Below are positions 11,601 through 21,466 of a DNA stretch of 64,000 bases, in pieces. Source of the DNA: Nitrosomonadaceae bacterium (GTDB taxonomy: Bacteria > Pseudomonadota > Gammaproteobacteria > Burkholderiales > Nitrosomonadaceae); assembly GCA_037147395.1 (NCBI GenBank), contig JBAWVG010000002.1, positions 1,962-65,961 of the forward strand. The letters run 5' to 3'. Each line of letters begins with the position of its first letter. Within the stretch, counting starts at the first letter, position 1. The notes below the pieces were generated by a model. It worked only from the letters and a program-made list of their open reading frames with translations, did not search any database and was not told the origin of the DNA. The translations under genes were made by a program, and so were the position numbers.

Positions 11601-12333
11601 GAAAATTATTGAACAGAAATGGCTCTCTGCTAATGCCGTCATCGGCTTATTCCCCGCCAGTTCAGTGAACCATGACGACATCGAAATCTATACCGACAAG
11701 TCCCGTAGTAAAGTAGCTATGACATTCCACAATCTGCGGCAGCAGACTCTAAAACCTGGAAACCGTCCTAATCTATGTCTGGCAGATTTTATCGCTCCAA
11801 AAGAGTCCGGTATTCATGATGCCATCGGTGCCTTTGCCGTTGCTGCAGGGTTTGGCATAGATGCACGGATCAAGGCGTATGAAGAGACGCATGATGATTA
11901 CGGTGCCATTATGCTAAAAGCGTTAGCCGACCGTCTGGCGGAAGCCTTCGCCGAGCATATGCACTGGCGGGTACGTCGTGAATTCTGGGGTTATGCTAAA
12001 GATGAAGACCTCAATACCCAGCAACTTGTCGCTGAAGAGTATCGGGGCAGGCGCCCCGCACCTGGGTATCCAGCTTGCCCAGATCATACCGAGAAGGGGC
12101 CCCTGTTTGAAATGTTAAGGGTTCCTGAGAATGCCGGCATTACGATCACTGAGTCTTACGCGATGCTGCCAACTGCAGCGGTATCTGGATTTTATTTCTC
12201 TCACTCTGACGCGGATTACTTCGCCGTTGGAAAGATCGATAAGGATCAGGTGGCGGACTACGCAAAGCGCAAGGGCTGGACACTGGAAGAAGCAGAAATG
12301 TGGCTAGCGCCGACACTCGCATATGATCGATAA
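8620..12333 (+). CDS. metH: Cobalamin-dependent methionine synthase
   Basis: 1237 aa versus about 1227 in E. coli. Homocysteine-binding [12 protein letters not shown]12-binding [10 protein letters not shown], and a C-terminal AdoMet-activation domain. Confidence 0.97.
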   Translation: MNKDYRTALLEDLLSQRILLLDGAMGTMIQSYTLNEADYRGTRFAHFPHDLKGNNDLLTLTQPHIIHEIHTGYLEAGSDIIETNTFNSTTASMSDYHMQDLVYELNFAGAKLAKEATLAMEAKTPDRPRFVAGVLGPTTKTASISPDVNDPGFRGITFDQLVADYTVAISGLLAGGADILLVETIFDSLNAKAALFAIDQYFEDHGIRVPIMISVTITDASGRTLSGQTPEAFWDSVSHAKPLSVGLNCALGAELMRPYIEELSKVADVYTSAHPNAGLPNPLAETGYDESPDYTASLIKDFAVSGFVNIVGGCCGTTPAHIRAIATAVNGIAPRIIPNVPKKLRLSGLEPLNIDDDSLFVNVGERTNVTGSKIFSRLILGNNYAEALSVARSQVESGAQIIDINMDEAMLDSQKAMVTFLNLIAAEPDISRVPVMIDSSKWSVIEAGLKCVQGKAVINSISMKEGEEEFIKHARLARRYGAAVIVMAFDESGQADTQARKVDICTRCYRILVDQVGFPPEDIIFDPNIFAVATGIEEHNNYGVDFIEATRIIKKTLPHAKVSGGVSNVSFSFRGNEPIREAIHTAFLYHAIQAGMTMGIVNAGQLGVYSDIPPDLLERVEDVLLNRRSDATERLVEFAENFKGQSKERVEDLTWRDEPVQQRLTHALVKGINTYIVEDTESARLEITAQGGRPIQVIEGPLMNGMNVVGDLFGSGKMFLPQVVKSARVMKQAVAHLLPFIEAEKKRSGDSRPKGKIVIATVKGDVHDIGKNIVTVVLQCNNYEVVNMGVMVPCAQILEMARREGADIIGLSGLITPSLEEMTHVAKEMQREGFTIPLLIGGATTSRVHTAVKVAPHYSGVTVWVPDASRAVGVCSNLLSEDLRSNYVTEIQTEYEKVRTQHKNKKGQSPMLSIAEARRNALKIDWQNYTPPEPNFLGIKSLRNYPLEKLVPYIDWGPFFQAWELSGPYPAILQDEVVGEAARNLLRDAQDMLKKIIEQKWLSANAVIGLFPASSVNHDDIEIYTDKSRSKVAMTFHNLRQQTLKPGNRPNLCLADFIAPKESGIHDAIGAFAVAAGFGIDARIKAYEETHDDYGAIMLKALADRLAEAFAEHMHWRVRREFWGYAKDEDLNTQQLVAEEYRGRRPAPGYPACPDHTEKGPLFEMLRVPENAGITITESYAMLPTAAVSGFYFSHSDADYFAVGKIDKDQVADYAKRKGWTLEEAEMWLAPTLAYDR

Positions 12334-12341
12334 CAAAGAGA

Positions 12342-14486
12342 CTAACTCTTTTCCCGAGTAATTCTTACGACCTCTCGGATCCGCCTGACGCCGCGCATTA
12401 CCTGTGCAAGGTGAGACCGGTTACTCACTTGCAAGGTGAAATGCATGGCGGTGTAACCCCCCTCACCTTCCACAGATACATTATCGATATTGGAACCTGC
12501 CTTAGCAATTTCGGCCGCTACCTTCGCCAGTACACCGCGTTGATTTGCCGCTACCATCTTGATACTGACCTCAAACAACTTGCTGATGTTCTTGTCCCAC
12601 GTTACATCTAGCCAGTTATCTGGATTACCATGCATTTTCCCAATCACTGAACAGTCCCGTGCATGGATCACTAGCCCCTGATCCTTCTTGATGAAACCGA
12701 CGATAAGGTCTCCTGGGATGGGTCGGCAACACTTGGCAAACTGCACGGCCATGCCCTCCGTTCCCATGATGGTGATCGCCTCCCCCATCCGGTTTTCCTT
12801 AGGTTCAACATTTCCCGGTGATAGCAGGCGCTTAGACAATACAGCCGGTAGATGCTTGCCCAACACCATATCCGCGAACAATTCTTTTTTTGATTTGGCG
12901 CCGCTATCGCGGGCTAATTTCTGCCACTGAGAGTCGCTAATGCTTGCCGGGTCAATCTTGAGAGACAACAGCGCCTGACTCAGCAGACGCTCACCCAACT
13001 TAGCTAACTCATCGTACTGCACTGTCTTGAGAAAGTGACGGATATGTGACCGTGCCTTGCCGGTAACCACATAAGTGAGCCATGCAGGGTTAGGCTTTGC
13101 GTGGGGCGCGGTAATAATTTCAACATAGTCCCCACTCCTGAGTTTGGTACGTAACGGAGCATTCTCGCCATTGATTTTTACCGCCATGCATCGGTCGCCA
13201 ATATCAGTATGTACTGCATAGGCAAAATCCACCGCGGTCGATTCTTTTGGCAGCGCCAATATCCTACCCTGGGGTGTAAATACGTAAACCTCCCCAGGAA
13301 ACAAATCCACCTTCAGATGCTCCAGAAATTCCAGGGAGTCGGTCGAATCGCTTAGGGTTTCCAGTAGACCTTGCAACCACTGGTGGGTCTTCGTATGGAG
13401 ATCATCGAGATTAATGTCATGACTCTTATAGAGCCAGTGCGAGGCAACTCCAGCCTCAGCAATCCTGTGCATTTCGGCAGTCCGGATCTGAATTTCGATG
13501 GGGGTTCCATAGGGCCCAAACAAGGTATTGTGCAATGACTGATAGCCATTCGCCTTGGGGATTGCGATGTAATCCTTGAACTTTCCGGGGATGGGTTTGT
13601 ATAAGCTATGCAGTGCGCCGAGGGCTACATAACAGGCAGGGACGTCCTTGACGATGACACGAAAACCATAAATGTCGAGCACCTCAGAAAATGAGAGGTG
13701 CTTCTCCACCATCTTTTTATAAATACTATAAAGCTGTTTCTCGCGTCCACTTATCTTTGCATCTAGCCCCGCATCCTGAAGGCGCTGCCGGATATCGTTA
13801 AGAATTTTATCTACAACCTCCCGGCGATTACCCCGTGCCGCTTTACTAGCTTTAGTCAGGACCTGATAACGTGTCGGGAAAATATAGCGAAAACTGAGCT
13901 CCTGAAGTTCCTGATAGACACCGTTAAGCCCCAATCGGTGTGCAATGGGCGCATAGATCTCCATAGTTTCACGTGCGATACGACGACGCTTCTGCTGATC
14001 CAGCACCTCAAGTGTGCGCATGTTATGCAGTCTGTCTGCTAGCTTAATGAGCACAACACGAACATCCTGCGACATCGCCAGCAACATCTTGCGGAAATTT
14101 TCTGCTTGAGCATCTGCTTGAGTTTGGAACTCTATCTTGTCAAGCTTGGAAACACCGTCCACCAGATCCGCCACCGACTTTCCAAATCTTTCACTAATCT
14201 CAGCTTTGGAGATGTGGGTATCCTCCATCACATCATGCAACAACGCAGCAGTCAGCGTCTGGATGTCTAGGTGAAGTCTACCGAGTATGCCGGTTACTGC
14301 TAACGGGTGAGAGATGTAAGGTTCGCCTGACTTTCTAAACTGCCCTGAATGGGCACTTTGACTGAAGAGGTAGGCATTCTTAAGCTGAGAGATATCTTCC
14401 GGTTTAAGATAACCGGATAATTCATTGAACAGAGATTCTGGCCCGGATAGAGCATCTGGAGTATCCGGCAAGCCTCGTGCCTGCAT
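12342..14486 (-). CDS. spoT: Bifunctional (p)ppGpp synthetase/hydrolase
   Basis: 714 aa. HD hydrolase motif LLHDVMEDT, RelA/SpoT synthetase region, and TGS and ACT-like C-terminal regions. Follows rpoZ as in the gmk-rpoZ-spoT arrangement. Confidence 0.93.
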   Translation of the reverse strand: MQARGLPDTPDALSGPESLFNELSGYLKPEDISQLKNAYLFSQSAHSGQFRKSGEPYISHPLAVTGILGRLHLDIQTLTAALLHDVMEDTHISKAEISERFGKSVADLVDGVSKLDKIEFQTQADAQAENFRKMLLAMSQDVRVVLIKLADRLHNMRTLEVLDQQKRRRIARETMEIYAPIAHRLGLNGVYQELQELSFRYIFPTRYQVLTKASKAARGNRREVVDKILNDIRQRLQDAGLDAKISGREKQLYSIYKKMVEKHLSFSEVLDIYGFRVIVKDVPACYVALGALHSLYKPIPGKFKDYIAIPKANGYQSLHNTLFGPYGTPIEIQIRTAEMHRIAEAGVASHWLYKSHDINLDDLHTKTHQWLQGLLETLSDSTDSLEFLEHLKVDLFPGEVYVFTPQGRILALPKESTAVDFAYAVHTDIGDRCMAVKINGENAPLRTKLRSGDYVEIITAPHAKPNPAWLTYVVTGKARSHIRHFLKTVQYDELAKLGERLLSQALLSLKIDPASISDSQWQKLARDSGAKSKKELFADMVLGKHLPAVLSKRLLSPGNVEPKENRMGEAITIMGTEGMAVQFAKCCRPIPGDLIVGFIKKDQGLVIHARDCSVIGKMHGNPDNWLDVTWDKNISKLFEVSIKMVAANQRGVLAKVAAEIAKAGSNIDNVSVEGEGGYTAMHFTLQVSNRSHLAQVMRGVRRIREVVRITREKS

Positions 14487-14626
14487 TAGAATTCCTTTAT
14501 TCGGTTTGATGCGCTCGAAATACTGTCGAGTCAGGAGCTAACAACTATCCACTCCCTAATTGAGACTACCCTCATTTGATAGATCGTCACGGTCTTTCAG
14601 AAGATTCTATACAACACTTACCAAAA

Positions 14627-14833
14627 CTAAATATACCGAGAATCAAGGAGCTCTATTCCGACCATACCCTGGGCCAACTCTCGCAAGGCAATAACAGTAG
14701 GCTTATCACGGGCTGACTCCACCATAGGAGCACTGCCGATCGAGAGCTGCCTTGCACGTATAGTCGCGACTAATGTCATTTCAAACCGGTTTGGAATCCT
14801 TTTCAAGCAATCGTCAACAGTAATCCGTGCCAT
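14627..14833 (-). CDS. rpoZ: DNA-directed RNA polymerase subunit omega
   Basis: [30 protein letters not shown] is the canonical RpoZ N-terminus. Confidence 0.95.
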   Translation of the reverse strand: MARITVDDCLKRIPNRFEMTLVATIRARQLSIGSAPMVESARDKPTVIALRELAQGMVGIELLDSRYI

Positions 14834-14959
14834 AGCATTTCTCCAAAAAATAGATTGACAGTAGTAATACGGAAATATTTCTAAAAAACCGGAATCGCAG
14901 CGTCAATACCGACACTAGGCAAGATATACATCAGACCTGCTATCTTTTGATATAGCGAT

Positions 14960-15577
14960 CTATCTAAGTTGGGTTATCAGATGATGGTAACGAACAAGTT
15001 GCCTCGACATTCTCATCCGTTCGGCCCGGACAATGCAGAAGAAATCACTAAGCGCAGTATCCAACTCTTCGTTGATGATAACATAATCATACTCATTCAC
15101 ATGACTGATCTCTTCACGCGCAGCGGCCACGCGCCTTGCGATTATCTCTGGACTATCCTGCCCACGATTTCGTAAACGCGCCTCCAACATTGCAAGTGAC
15201 GGAGGCAAGATAAAAACCCCCACCGCATTGGGGAAAGATCGGCGCACCTGTTGCGCTCCCTGGCTATCAATTTCCAATAGAATATCCTGACCCGACGCCG
15301 TCGCCTCATTGATCCATTTCTGAGAGGTACCGTAGTAATTTCCATAAACTTCTGCGCTTTCCAGAAACTCACCACGTTCCAACATCTGTTCAAAAACTTC
15401 CCGAGTAACAAAATGATAATCGCGCCCATCCATTTCTTCAGCCCTCGGCAATCGTGAGGTATATGAAATGGATAAATTCAGTCCGATATTTGTCCGCAAC
15501 AGCGCTCTTACTAGGCTAGTCTTCCCTGTACCGGAGGGCGCGCTGATGATAAACAGAGTCCCGGATGTTGCTGTCAT
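14960..15577 (-). CDS. gmk: Guanylate kinase
   Basis: P-loop ISAPSGTGKTS and guanylate kinase motifs (TTR-like YTSRLPR, YHFV). ATG at 15577 preferred; the ORF track uses TTG at 15610. Confidence 0.93.
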   Translation of the reverse strand: MTATSGTLFIISAPSGTGKTSLVRALLRTNIGLNLSISYTSRLPRAEEMDGRDYHFVTREVFEQMLERGEFLESAEVYGNYYGTSQKWINEATASGQDILLEIDSQGAQQVRRSFPNAVGVFILPPSLAMLEARLRNRGQDSPEIIARRVAAAREEISHVNEYDYVIINEELDTALSDFFCIVRAERMRMSRQLVRYHHLITQLR

Positions 15578-15713
15578 ATTAAAACCATTTTCATGTATTA
15601 CCCATTCCAATCATTCCTCATCCAAGATTAGTGGAACCGTAGATTCGTTATGTGACTTTGTTGACTCTTACGCCGCACCGAGTCTCCACATCCTCCGTAC
15701 TATTAGCACTTTC

Positions 15714-16595
15714 CTATTCAAGATTTTGCACCTGTTCACGCATCTGTTCAATCAGCACCTTAAGCTCCATGGCAACCTTTGACACCTCTGCATCCGCAGA
15801 TTTTGAACCGAGTGTATTGGCTTCACGGTTGAGCTCTTGCATCAAAAAATCGAGCCGCTTTCCGACCGGCCCACCCTTCATCAGAATTCGTTCTACTTCA
15901 TCCATGTGAGTCTGCAGACGTGACAACTCCTCATCTACATCTATTTTCCCGGCGAATAATGCAAGCTCCTGCCGAATTCGATCATCGTCGCAATTCACCA
16001 TGGCCTCCCGTAACCTCAGCATGAGCTTCTCCTGAAATGCGACCAGTGATAGAGGGATGCGCGGCGCCACTTCAATCGTTAGTTGGCGCATCGTGTTCAA
16101 GCGCTCGAGCAGCAAATCCTTCAGTTTCTCCCCTTCACGTGCGCGCGCCGCCACAAAATCATCCATGGCAACGCTCAGTAACTCTAAACAGGGCTCGCGT
16201 AAGTCTTCGGCAGGCAACGTATCAACACCAAGCATACCGGGCCAGCGTAAAATATCAGCCACCCCTAAGCTGCGCGTATCAGGCAGGGCTGCCTTGACTG
16301 TATTATTCAGTTCCAACAGTCTCTTCATCAGATCGCCATTGAGTCGCTGAAGATCTTCCGCGCCCGCAAGCCTAGAGAAACCAAGACGAAGCTCTACTTT
16401 GCCACGGCTCAAGCGGGCTGTCAGAGCCTCTCTCATCACAGATTCTAGAGAACGGAACTCATCCGGTAGACGAAACTGGATGTCTAGATAGCGATTATTA
16501 ACCGAGCGCAATTCCAAGTTGAGAGTACCGTTTGGCACCTCACGTGTCACCACTGCATAACCAGTCATGCTGTAGATCAGTGCCAACTTATCCAC
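15714..16595 (-). CDS. yicC: YicC/YloC-family stress-induced endoribonuclease-like protein
   Basis: N-terminus SMTGYA...RSVNNRYLD matches E. coli YicC SMTAYA...RSVNQRYLE. Start is uncertain (GTG 16595, TTG 16586 or ATG 16568). Confidence 0.88.
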   Translation of the reverse strand: MDKLALIYSMTGYAVVTREVPNGTLNLELRSVNNRYLDIQFRLPDEFRSLESVMREALTARLSRGKVELRLGFSRLAGAEDLQRLNGDLMKRLLELNNTVKAALPDTRSLGVADILRWPGMLGVDTLPAEDLREPCLELLSVAMDDFVAARAREGEKLKDLLLERLNTMRQLTIEVAPRIPLSLVAFQEKLMLRLREAMVNCDDDRIRQELALFAGKIDVDEELSRLQTHMDEVERILMKGGPVGKRLDFLMQELNREANTLGSKSADAEVSKVAMELKVLIEQMREQVQNLE

Positions 16596-16727
16596 TGATA
16601 GACCCTCAATACGTTAAAATAACGAGTATGCAACAATACCTGCTGTACCAGCGTCGATTATGCCACAACGCACGCTGAGAAAAATTCACTAAACTCATAT
16701 ACCTTATAGCCGAGAGATATCACAATC

Positions 16728-17447
16728 ATGCGCCCCAGCAATCGTACGCCCCTTCAGCTCCGCCCCGTTAAGATCACACGCCGCTACACCAAGCACGCCG
16801 ATGGAGCGGTACTGATCGAGTGTGGCGATACCAAAGTATTATGTACCGCCAGCGTGGACGAGAAGGTACCCCCCTTTCTCCGCGGCAAGGGGCAGGGCTG
16901 GCTTACAGCAGAGTACGGCATGCTTCCATGCTCTACCGGTGAACGGATGCAGCGCGAGGCAGCCAAGGGCAAGCAGTCTGGACGCACTATGGAGATTCAA
17001 CGACTCATTGGGCGAGCGCTGCGGTCAGTAGTCGATCTGGGGAAACTAGGCGAGCGGACCATCCAGATCGATTGCGATGTGATCCAAGCTGACGGCGGCA
17101 CTCGCACCGCCAGCATTACAGGCGCATACGTCGCACTGCATGACGCAGTCGAAAGACTACTACAACGGAAATTGCTGGAGTCAACACCAATACTCGATCA
17201 AGTTGCCGCTGTCTCAGTCGGCATTTATCAAGGGGTTCCGGTGCTCGACTTAGATTATCCGGAAGACTCTTCCTGCGATACCGATATGAATGTGGTCATG
17301 ACCGGTCATCTCGGTCTGGTGGAAGTGCAAGGAACCGCCGAAGGAGTCACATTTGATCGGCAAGAATTAAACGCCATGCTGGATTTGGCGCAGCAAGGGA
17401 TTCAACAGCTAATCGCATTTCAAAAAGCGGCACTTGCAGAGAAATAA
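16728..17447 (+). CDS. rph: Ribonuclease PH
   Basis: MRPSNR...[32 protein letters not shown] is the typical RNase PH N-terminus; 239 aa. Confidence 0.96.
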   Translation: MRPSNRTPLQLRPVKITRRYTKHADGAVLIECGDTKVLCTASVDEKVPPFLRGKGQGWLTAEYGMLPCSTGERMQREAAKGKQSGRTMEIQRLIGRALRSVVDLGKLGERTIQIDCDVIQADGGTRTASITGAYVALHDAVERLLQRKLLESTPILDQVAAVSVGIYQGVPVLDLDYPEDSSCDTDMNVVMTGHLGLVEVQGTAEGVTFDRQELNAMLDLAQQGIQQLIAFQKAALAEK

Positions 17448-17461
17448 GCTGATCTACGGAA

Positions 17462-18058
17462 ATGAGAAAGCTCGTTATCGCCAGCAATAATCCTGGCAAG
17501 CTTCGTGAGATAGGCCATCTACTAGCACCTCTCGGTCTTGAGGTGCTGCCGCAGTCCGTATTTGATATCTCGGAAGCGGATGAACCGTATTGCACGTTCG
17601 TTGAAAATGCATTGGCCAAAGCGCGTCATGCCAGCCGCTGCTCCGGCTTACCTGCGCTGGCAGATGATTCCGGTATTTGCGTGGATGCCCTGAACGGCGA
17701 GCCTGGTATACATTCGGCGCGCTACGCGGGGGAGCCAAAGTCAGATGATCGTAATAATCAGAAACTGATCGAAGTACTAACCCATCATTCAGACCATAAT
17801 GCCCATTATTATTGCGTGATGGTGCTGGTGCGCCATGCCGATGACCCACAACCGATCATCGCCGATGGCTCTTGGCATGGCCAGATCATTCCACAACCAT
17901 GCGGCAGTGGTGGCTTTGGCTATGACCCCCATTTCTATCTGCCTGAACTAGGCATGACCTCGGCTGAGCTCCCTCTCGAACAAAAGAATAAAATCAGCCA
18001 TCGCAGCCAGGCCTTGGTTCGGTTAGTTGAAATCATCAAACAGGAAATGATCAAGTAA
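17462..18058 (+). CDS. rdgB: Non-canonical purine NTP pyrophosphatase (RdgB/HAM1 family)
   Basis: KLVIASNNPGKLREI, ALADDSGICVDALNGEPGIHSARY and GFGYDPHF motifs. Follows rph as in many proteobacteria. Confidence 0.94.
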   Translation: MRKLVIASNNPGKLREIGHLLAPLGLEVLPQSVFDISEADEPYCTFVENALAKARHASRCSGLPALADDSGICVDALNGEPGIHSARYAGEPKSDDRNNQKLIEVLTHHSDHNAHYYCVMVLVRHADDPQPIIADGSWHGQIIPQPCGSGGFGYDPHFYLPELGMTSAELPLEQKNKISHRSQALVRLVEIIKQEMIK

Positions 18059-18105
18059 TCGGATATACCGCATGTCGCATTTACGATCCGATTCTTAAGT
18101 CCGTT

Positions 18106-19314
18106 ATGACCTCAATCATTTCCCTCTCCTCCATCCTCGGCTCACAGGCCCCGCGCCTGACGGTTCTCCCGCCACTGAGTCTCTATATTCATCTGCCATG
18201 GTGCGTTAAAAAGTGTCCCTATTGTGATTTCAATTCACATGAACCCCACAATGGCAATATCCCAGAGGATGACTATGTCGCAGCGCTGATCCGTGACTTA
18301 GAAAATGCATTGCCACAGATCTGGGGGCGCAAGATCGTCAGTATATTTTTTGGGGGGGGGACGCCCAGCCTCTTCAGCGCCCGCTCGATTGATACGATCT
18401 TAACCGCAGCACGCACCCTACTTCCGATGGAACATCTGCCCGAGATCACGCTCGAAGCTAATCCTGGCACAGTTGAGGCGAAAAAGTTTTCTGACTTTCG
18501 TTCTGCAGGGATCAACCGCCTCTCGCTCGGCATCCAAAGTTTCAACTCCCGGCACCTAAAAGCACTAGGCCGCATTCATGACGGCGATGAATCACATCAT
18601 GCGGTGGAGATCGCCCAAAGAAATTTTGACAACGTGAATCTCGATCTGATGTATGCCCTGCCTGAACAGACGCTGGCGGAATCCCTTGAGGATATCCAGC
18701 ATGCATGCATGCTGGGTGTGTCACATATTTCCGCCTACCACCTCACGCTGGAGCCCAATACCCTATTCCATCGTTATCCACCATCATTACCTGATGATGA
18801 TCTGGCGGCAGAGATGCAGATAATGATCGAACAAACCTTAGCGAGCAGGGGGTACACCAATTACGAGACTTCAGCATTCTCTCAACCGGCGCTCGAGTCA
18901 CGTCATAATCTTAATTACTGGCTGTTCGGTGATTATCTTGGTATCGGTGCAGGCGCCCATAGCAAAATCAGTTTTGCTGACAAAATCGTGCGTCAGATGC
19001 GTTATAAACAACCCAAAGAGTATCTTGCCCAGTCGGCATTGGATACACCGCTACAAGATCAACACGAGGTGGGGAGAGATGAGCGCGGCTTCGAGTTTAT
19101 GATGAATGCGCTACGCCTCACCGCAGGCTTTGTCAGCGAAATGTTCCAGCAGCGGACCGGCCTACCAATCACCGCGATTCAACAACAACTCAATGAAGCC
19201 GAGCAGCGTGGATTAATCGTGCGTGATCACCTCCGCGTCACCCCCACGCCTGTGGGACGCCGTTTTCTCAATGATTTGCTGCAGATTTTCCTACCCGATA
19301 AGAAGCAGCTATAA
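18106..19314 (+). CDS. hemW: Radical SAM heme chaperone HemW (HemN-like, coproporphyrinogen oxidase family)
   Basis: CxxxCxxC radical-SAM motif LPWCVKKCPYCDFNS and the conserved FFGGGTPS motif; 402 aa. Follows rdgB as is common. Confidence 0.9.
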   Translation: MTSIISLSSILGSQAPRLTVLPPLSLYIHLPWCVKKCPYCDFNSHEPHNGNIPEDDYVAALIRDLENALPQIWGRKIVSIFFGGGTPSLFSARSIDTILTAARTLLPMEHLPEITLEANPGTVEAKKFSDFRSAGINRLSLGIQSFNSRHLKALGRIHDGDESHHAVEIAQRNFDNVNLDLMYALPEQTLAESLEDIQHACMLGVSHISAYHLTLEPNTLFHRYPPSLPDDDLAAEMQIMIEQTLASRGYTNYETSAFSQPALESRHNLNYWLFGDYLGIGAGAHSKISFADKIVRQMRYKQPKEYLAQSALDTPLQDQHEVGRDERGFEFMMNALRLTAGFVSEMFQQRTGLPITAIQQQLNEAEQRGLIVRDHLRVTPTPVGRRFLNDLLQIFLPDKKQL

Positions 19315-19367
19315 ACTGGTCAGCCTCAATTCTGGCCCCTATTTCATAGGGTAGGGCAGAGTAAGAA

Positions 19368-20039
19368 TCACTTTTTCTGGAATACCAGATCCCACACCCC
19401 ATGCCCTAACTTCAATCCTCTCTGCTCGAACTTAGTCAAGGGCCGGTATGCGGGACAAGGCGCATAATCTGTCACCGTATTAATAAGTTGCGGCTCACTA
19501 CTCAGCACTTGCAGAATCTGCTGAGCATATTCCTCCCAATCCGTAGCTGCGTGCAGATATCCGCCATGCTTTAACCGTTCGCTCAGCAGCGTAATGAATT
19601 GAGACTGAATTAGACGTCTCTTATGGTGGCGTGCTTTAGGCCAGGGATCTGGGAAAAAAATGTGCGTTCCGGACAGGCACTCGGGTGGCAGCATGCGCTG
19701 CAATACTTCAACCGCATCATGTTGAATGATGCGCAAATTGGTCAGGCCCGTCTCACCGATCTGCTTCAACAAACTTCCAACGCCCGGTGTGTGTACATCA
19801 ATAGCAAGGTAATCATTCTGCGGATGCATCTTGGCGATGGCGATAGTCGTCTCTCCCATGCCAAAACCGATCTCAAGAAATTTGGGTGAGCTCCTACCAA
19901 AAATCTGGTCAAGGTCGATCAGATTACCTACAAATGGAATGCCATACTGTGACAGCAAGATCTCATACGCATGTCGCTGCGCGTTCGACATCCGCCCCTG
20001 TCGAAGAACAAAACTGCGGATAGGACGGTGTTCTGGCAT
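19368..20039 (-). CDS. trmB: tRNA (guanine46-N7)-methyltransferase
   Basis: [13 protein letters not shown]-binding motif and [16 protein letters not shown], diagnostic of TrmB. Confidence 0.94.
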   Translation of the reverse strand: MPEHRPIRSFVLRQGRMSNAQRHAYEILLSQYGIPFVGNLIDLDQIFGRSSPKFLEIGFGMGETTIAIAKMHPQNDYLAIDVHTPGVGSLLKQIGETGLTNLRIIQHDAVEVLQRMLPPECLSGTHIFFPDPWPKARHHKRRLIQSQFITLLSERLKHGGYLHAATDWEEYAQQILQVLSSEPQLINTVTDYAPCPAYRPLTKFEQRGLKLGHGVWDLVFQKK

Positions 20040-20072
20040 GCGGGAGGGGTGATGCTGTGCGGCAGCCTAAAA

Positions 20073-20876
20073 TCAGGCCGCTCGATCTTTGCTACTACTG
20101 CTGATGACGCCAGTGACGGGTGAACTCGGGCTCGCACTATAGAGCTTCTTCGTCATCCGACCGGCCAGATAGGCCTCTCGCCCAGCCTCCACCGCTTTTC
20201 TCATGGCAGAAGCCATCAGTACCGGCTTTTGAGCGGCAGCAATGGCCGTGTTCATCAGCACTCCATCGCAACCAAGCTCCATGGCAATGGCCGCATCCGA
20301 AGCCGTACCCACACCCGCATCCACGATCACCGGTACCTTAGCATTGTCGATGATGATCTGTAGATTCCATGGATTCAGAATACCCATGCCTGAGCCAATC
20401 AGCGAGGCCAGCGGCATCACGGCAACGCAGCCGATCTCTTCCAGTTGCCGAGCCAGGATCGGATCATCAGAAGTGTAAACCATCACCTGGAAATCTTCCT
20501 TCACCAGGATTTCAGCAGCCTTAAGGGTCTCAACCATGTTCGGGAAGAGTGTCTTCGGATCCCCGAGCACTTCCAACTTCACTAGGCTATGACCATCGAG
20601 TAATTCACGCGCAAGCCTTAACGTACGGACCGCATCATCAACTGTATAGCAGCCGGCGGTGTTAGGCAGTAATGTGTATTCAGAAGGGGGCAGTATATCC
20701 AACAGGTTAGGCTCACCCGGATTCTGACCGATATTGGTGCGGCGGATTGCTACGGTAATGATTTGTGCCCCACTCGCGTCAATCGATTCACGCGTTTCGG
20801 CAAAGTCTTTGTATTTTCCGGTACCGACTAGCAGTCGAGAGGAATAAGTCTTACCGGCGATAATCAGGTTATCCAT
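20073..20876 (-). CDS. thiG: Thiazole synthase
   Basis: [21 protein letters not shown] and KLEVLGD are canonical ThiG motifs. Follows thiS. Confidence 0.96.
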   Translation of the reverse strand: MDNLIIAGKTYSSRLLVGTGKYKDFAETRESIDASGAQIITVAIRRTNIGQNPGEPNLLDILPPSEYTLLPNTAGCYTVDDAVRTLRLARELLDGHSLVKLEVLGDPKTLFPNMVETLKAAEILVKEDFQVMVYTSDDPILARQLEEIGCVAVMPLASLIGSGMGILNPWNLQIIIDNAKVPVIVDAGVGTASDAAIAMELGCDGVLMNTAIAAAQKPVLMASAMRKAVEAGREAYLAGRMTKKLYSASPSSPVTGVISSSSKDRAA

Positions 20877-20905
20877 GGAATCCTAGATTTGTTACTGAGA
20901 GAAAT

Positions 20906-21109
20906 CTAACCACCACCCACTGCCACCACGATCTCCAGTCGGTCGCCATCTGCCAGCATCTGCTCTCCAAATTGACTGCGGGGAACAATTTCGCCATTGC
21001 GTTCAACCGCAATTCGCTTACCCTGCAAGTTCATATAATCAAGCAACTGCAGGATATTTGACGTGGTATCAAAACGTTGCGGCTGACCGTTAAGTGTCAC
21101 TTGGATCAT
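20906..21109 (-). CDS. thiS: Thiamine-biosynthesis sulfur carrier protein ThiS
   Basis: A 67-aa product from ATG 21109 ending in the VAVGGG C-terminal Gly-Gly, immediately upstream of thiG. An alternative ATG at 21142 would add 11 aa. Confidence 0.88.
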   Translation of the reverse strand: MIQVTLNGQPQRFDTTSNILQLLDYMNLQGKRIAVERNGEIVPRSQFGEQMLADGDRLEIVVAVGGG

Positions 21110-21366
21110 TAACGCGTTGGGACTCGTGTTAGTTTTCAGCATCTGTACAATTTAAGTACACAGAATTAAGGATTTTACTTGCGTTACCAGTATTACTCAA
21201 TGACAGTATTGGAGACAATCGATAATCCGAACATATAAAAAACTAACCTCACCGTCACACATGAAATTAGAAAAATATTTACAAACACTATTATATTTCT
21301 TGCTAGCTGGAGTCAATCTGCAAACGATTGAGTAATCCCTCTAACGCAAGTAGAATCGGGACAATT

Positions 21367-21440
21367 GCGGGTGTAGCTCAATGGCAGAGCAGAAGCTTCC
21401 CAAGCTTACGACGAGGGTTCGATTCCCTTCACCCGCTCCA
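21367..21440 (+). tRNA. tRNA-Gly (anticodon CCC)
   Basis: Hand-folded cloverleaf. Acceptor GCGGGTG/CACCCGC, D arm GCTC-AATGGCA-GAGC, anticodon loop TTCCCAA, T arm GAGGG-TTCGATT-CCCTT, encoded CCA end; 74 nt. Confidence 0.95.
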
Positions 21441-21466
21441 TTCCTATTCCGTTCAACACACTACGT

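Noticed and set aside
15703-15711. TTAGCACTT, a near CIRCE half-site between yicC and gmk
   Set aside because: It is only one arm with a mismatch, and no GAGTGCTAA partner lies 9 nt away. It is probably a chance occurrence.
21143-21366. Possible TPP (THI-box) riboswitch upstream of thiS-thiG
   Set aside because: The minus-strand leader is AT-rich. I could not find the conserved CUGAGA / ACCUGAUCUGGAUAAUGCCAGCG-like cores on either strand. An Infernal scan with RF00059 would settle it.
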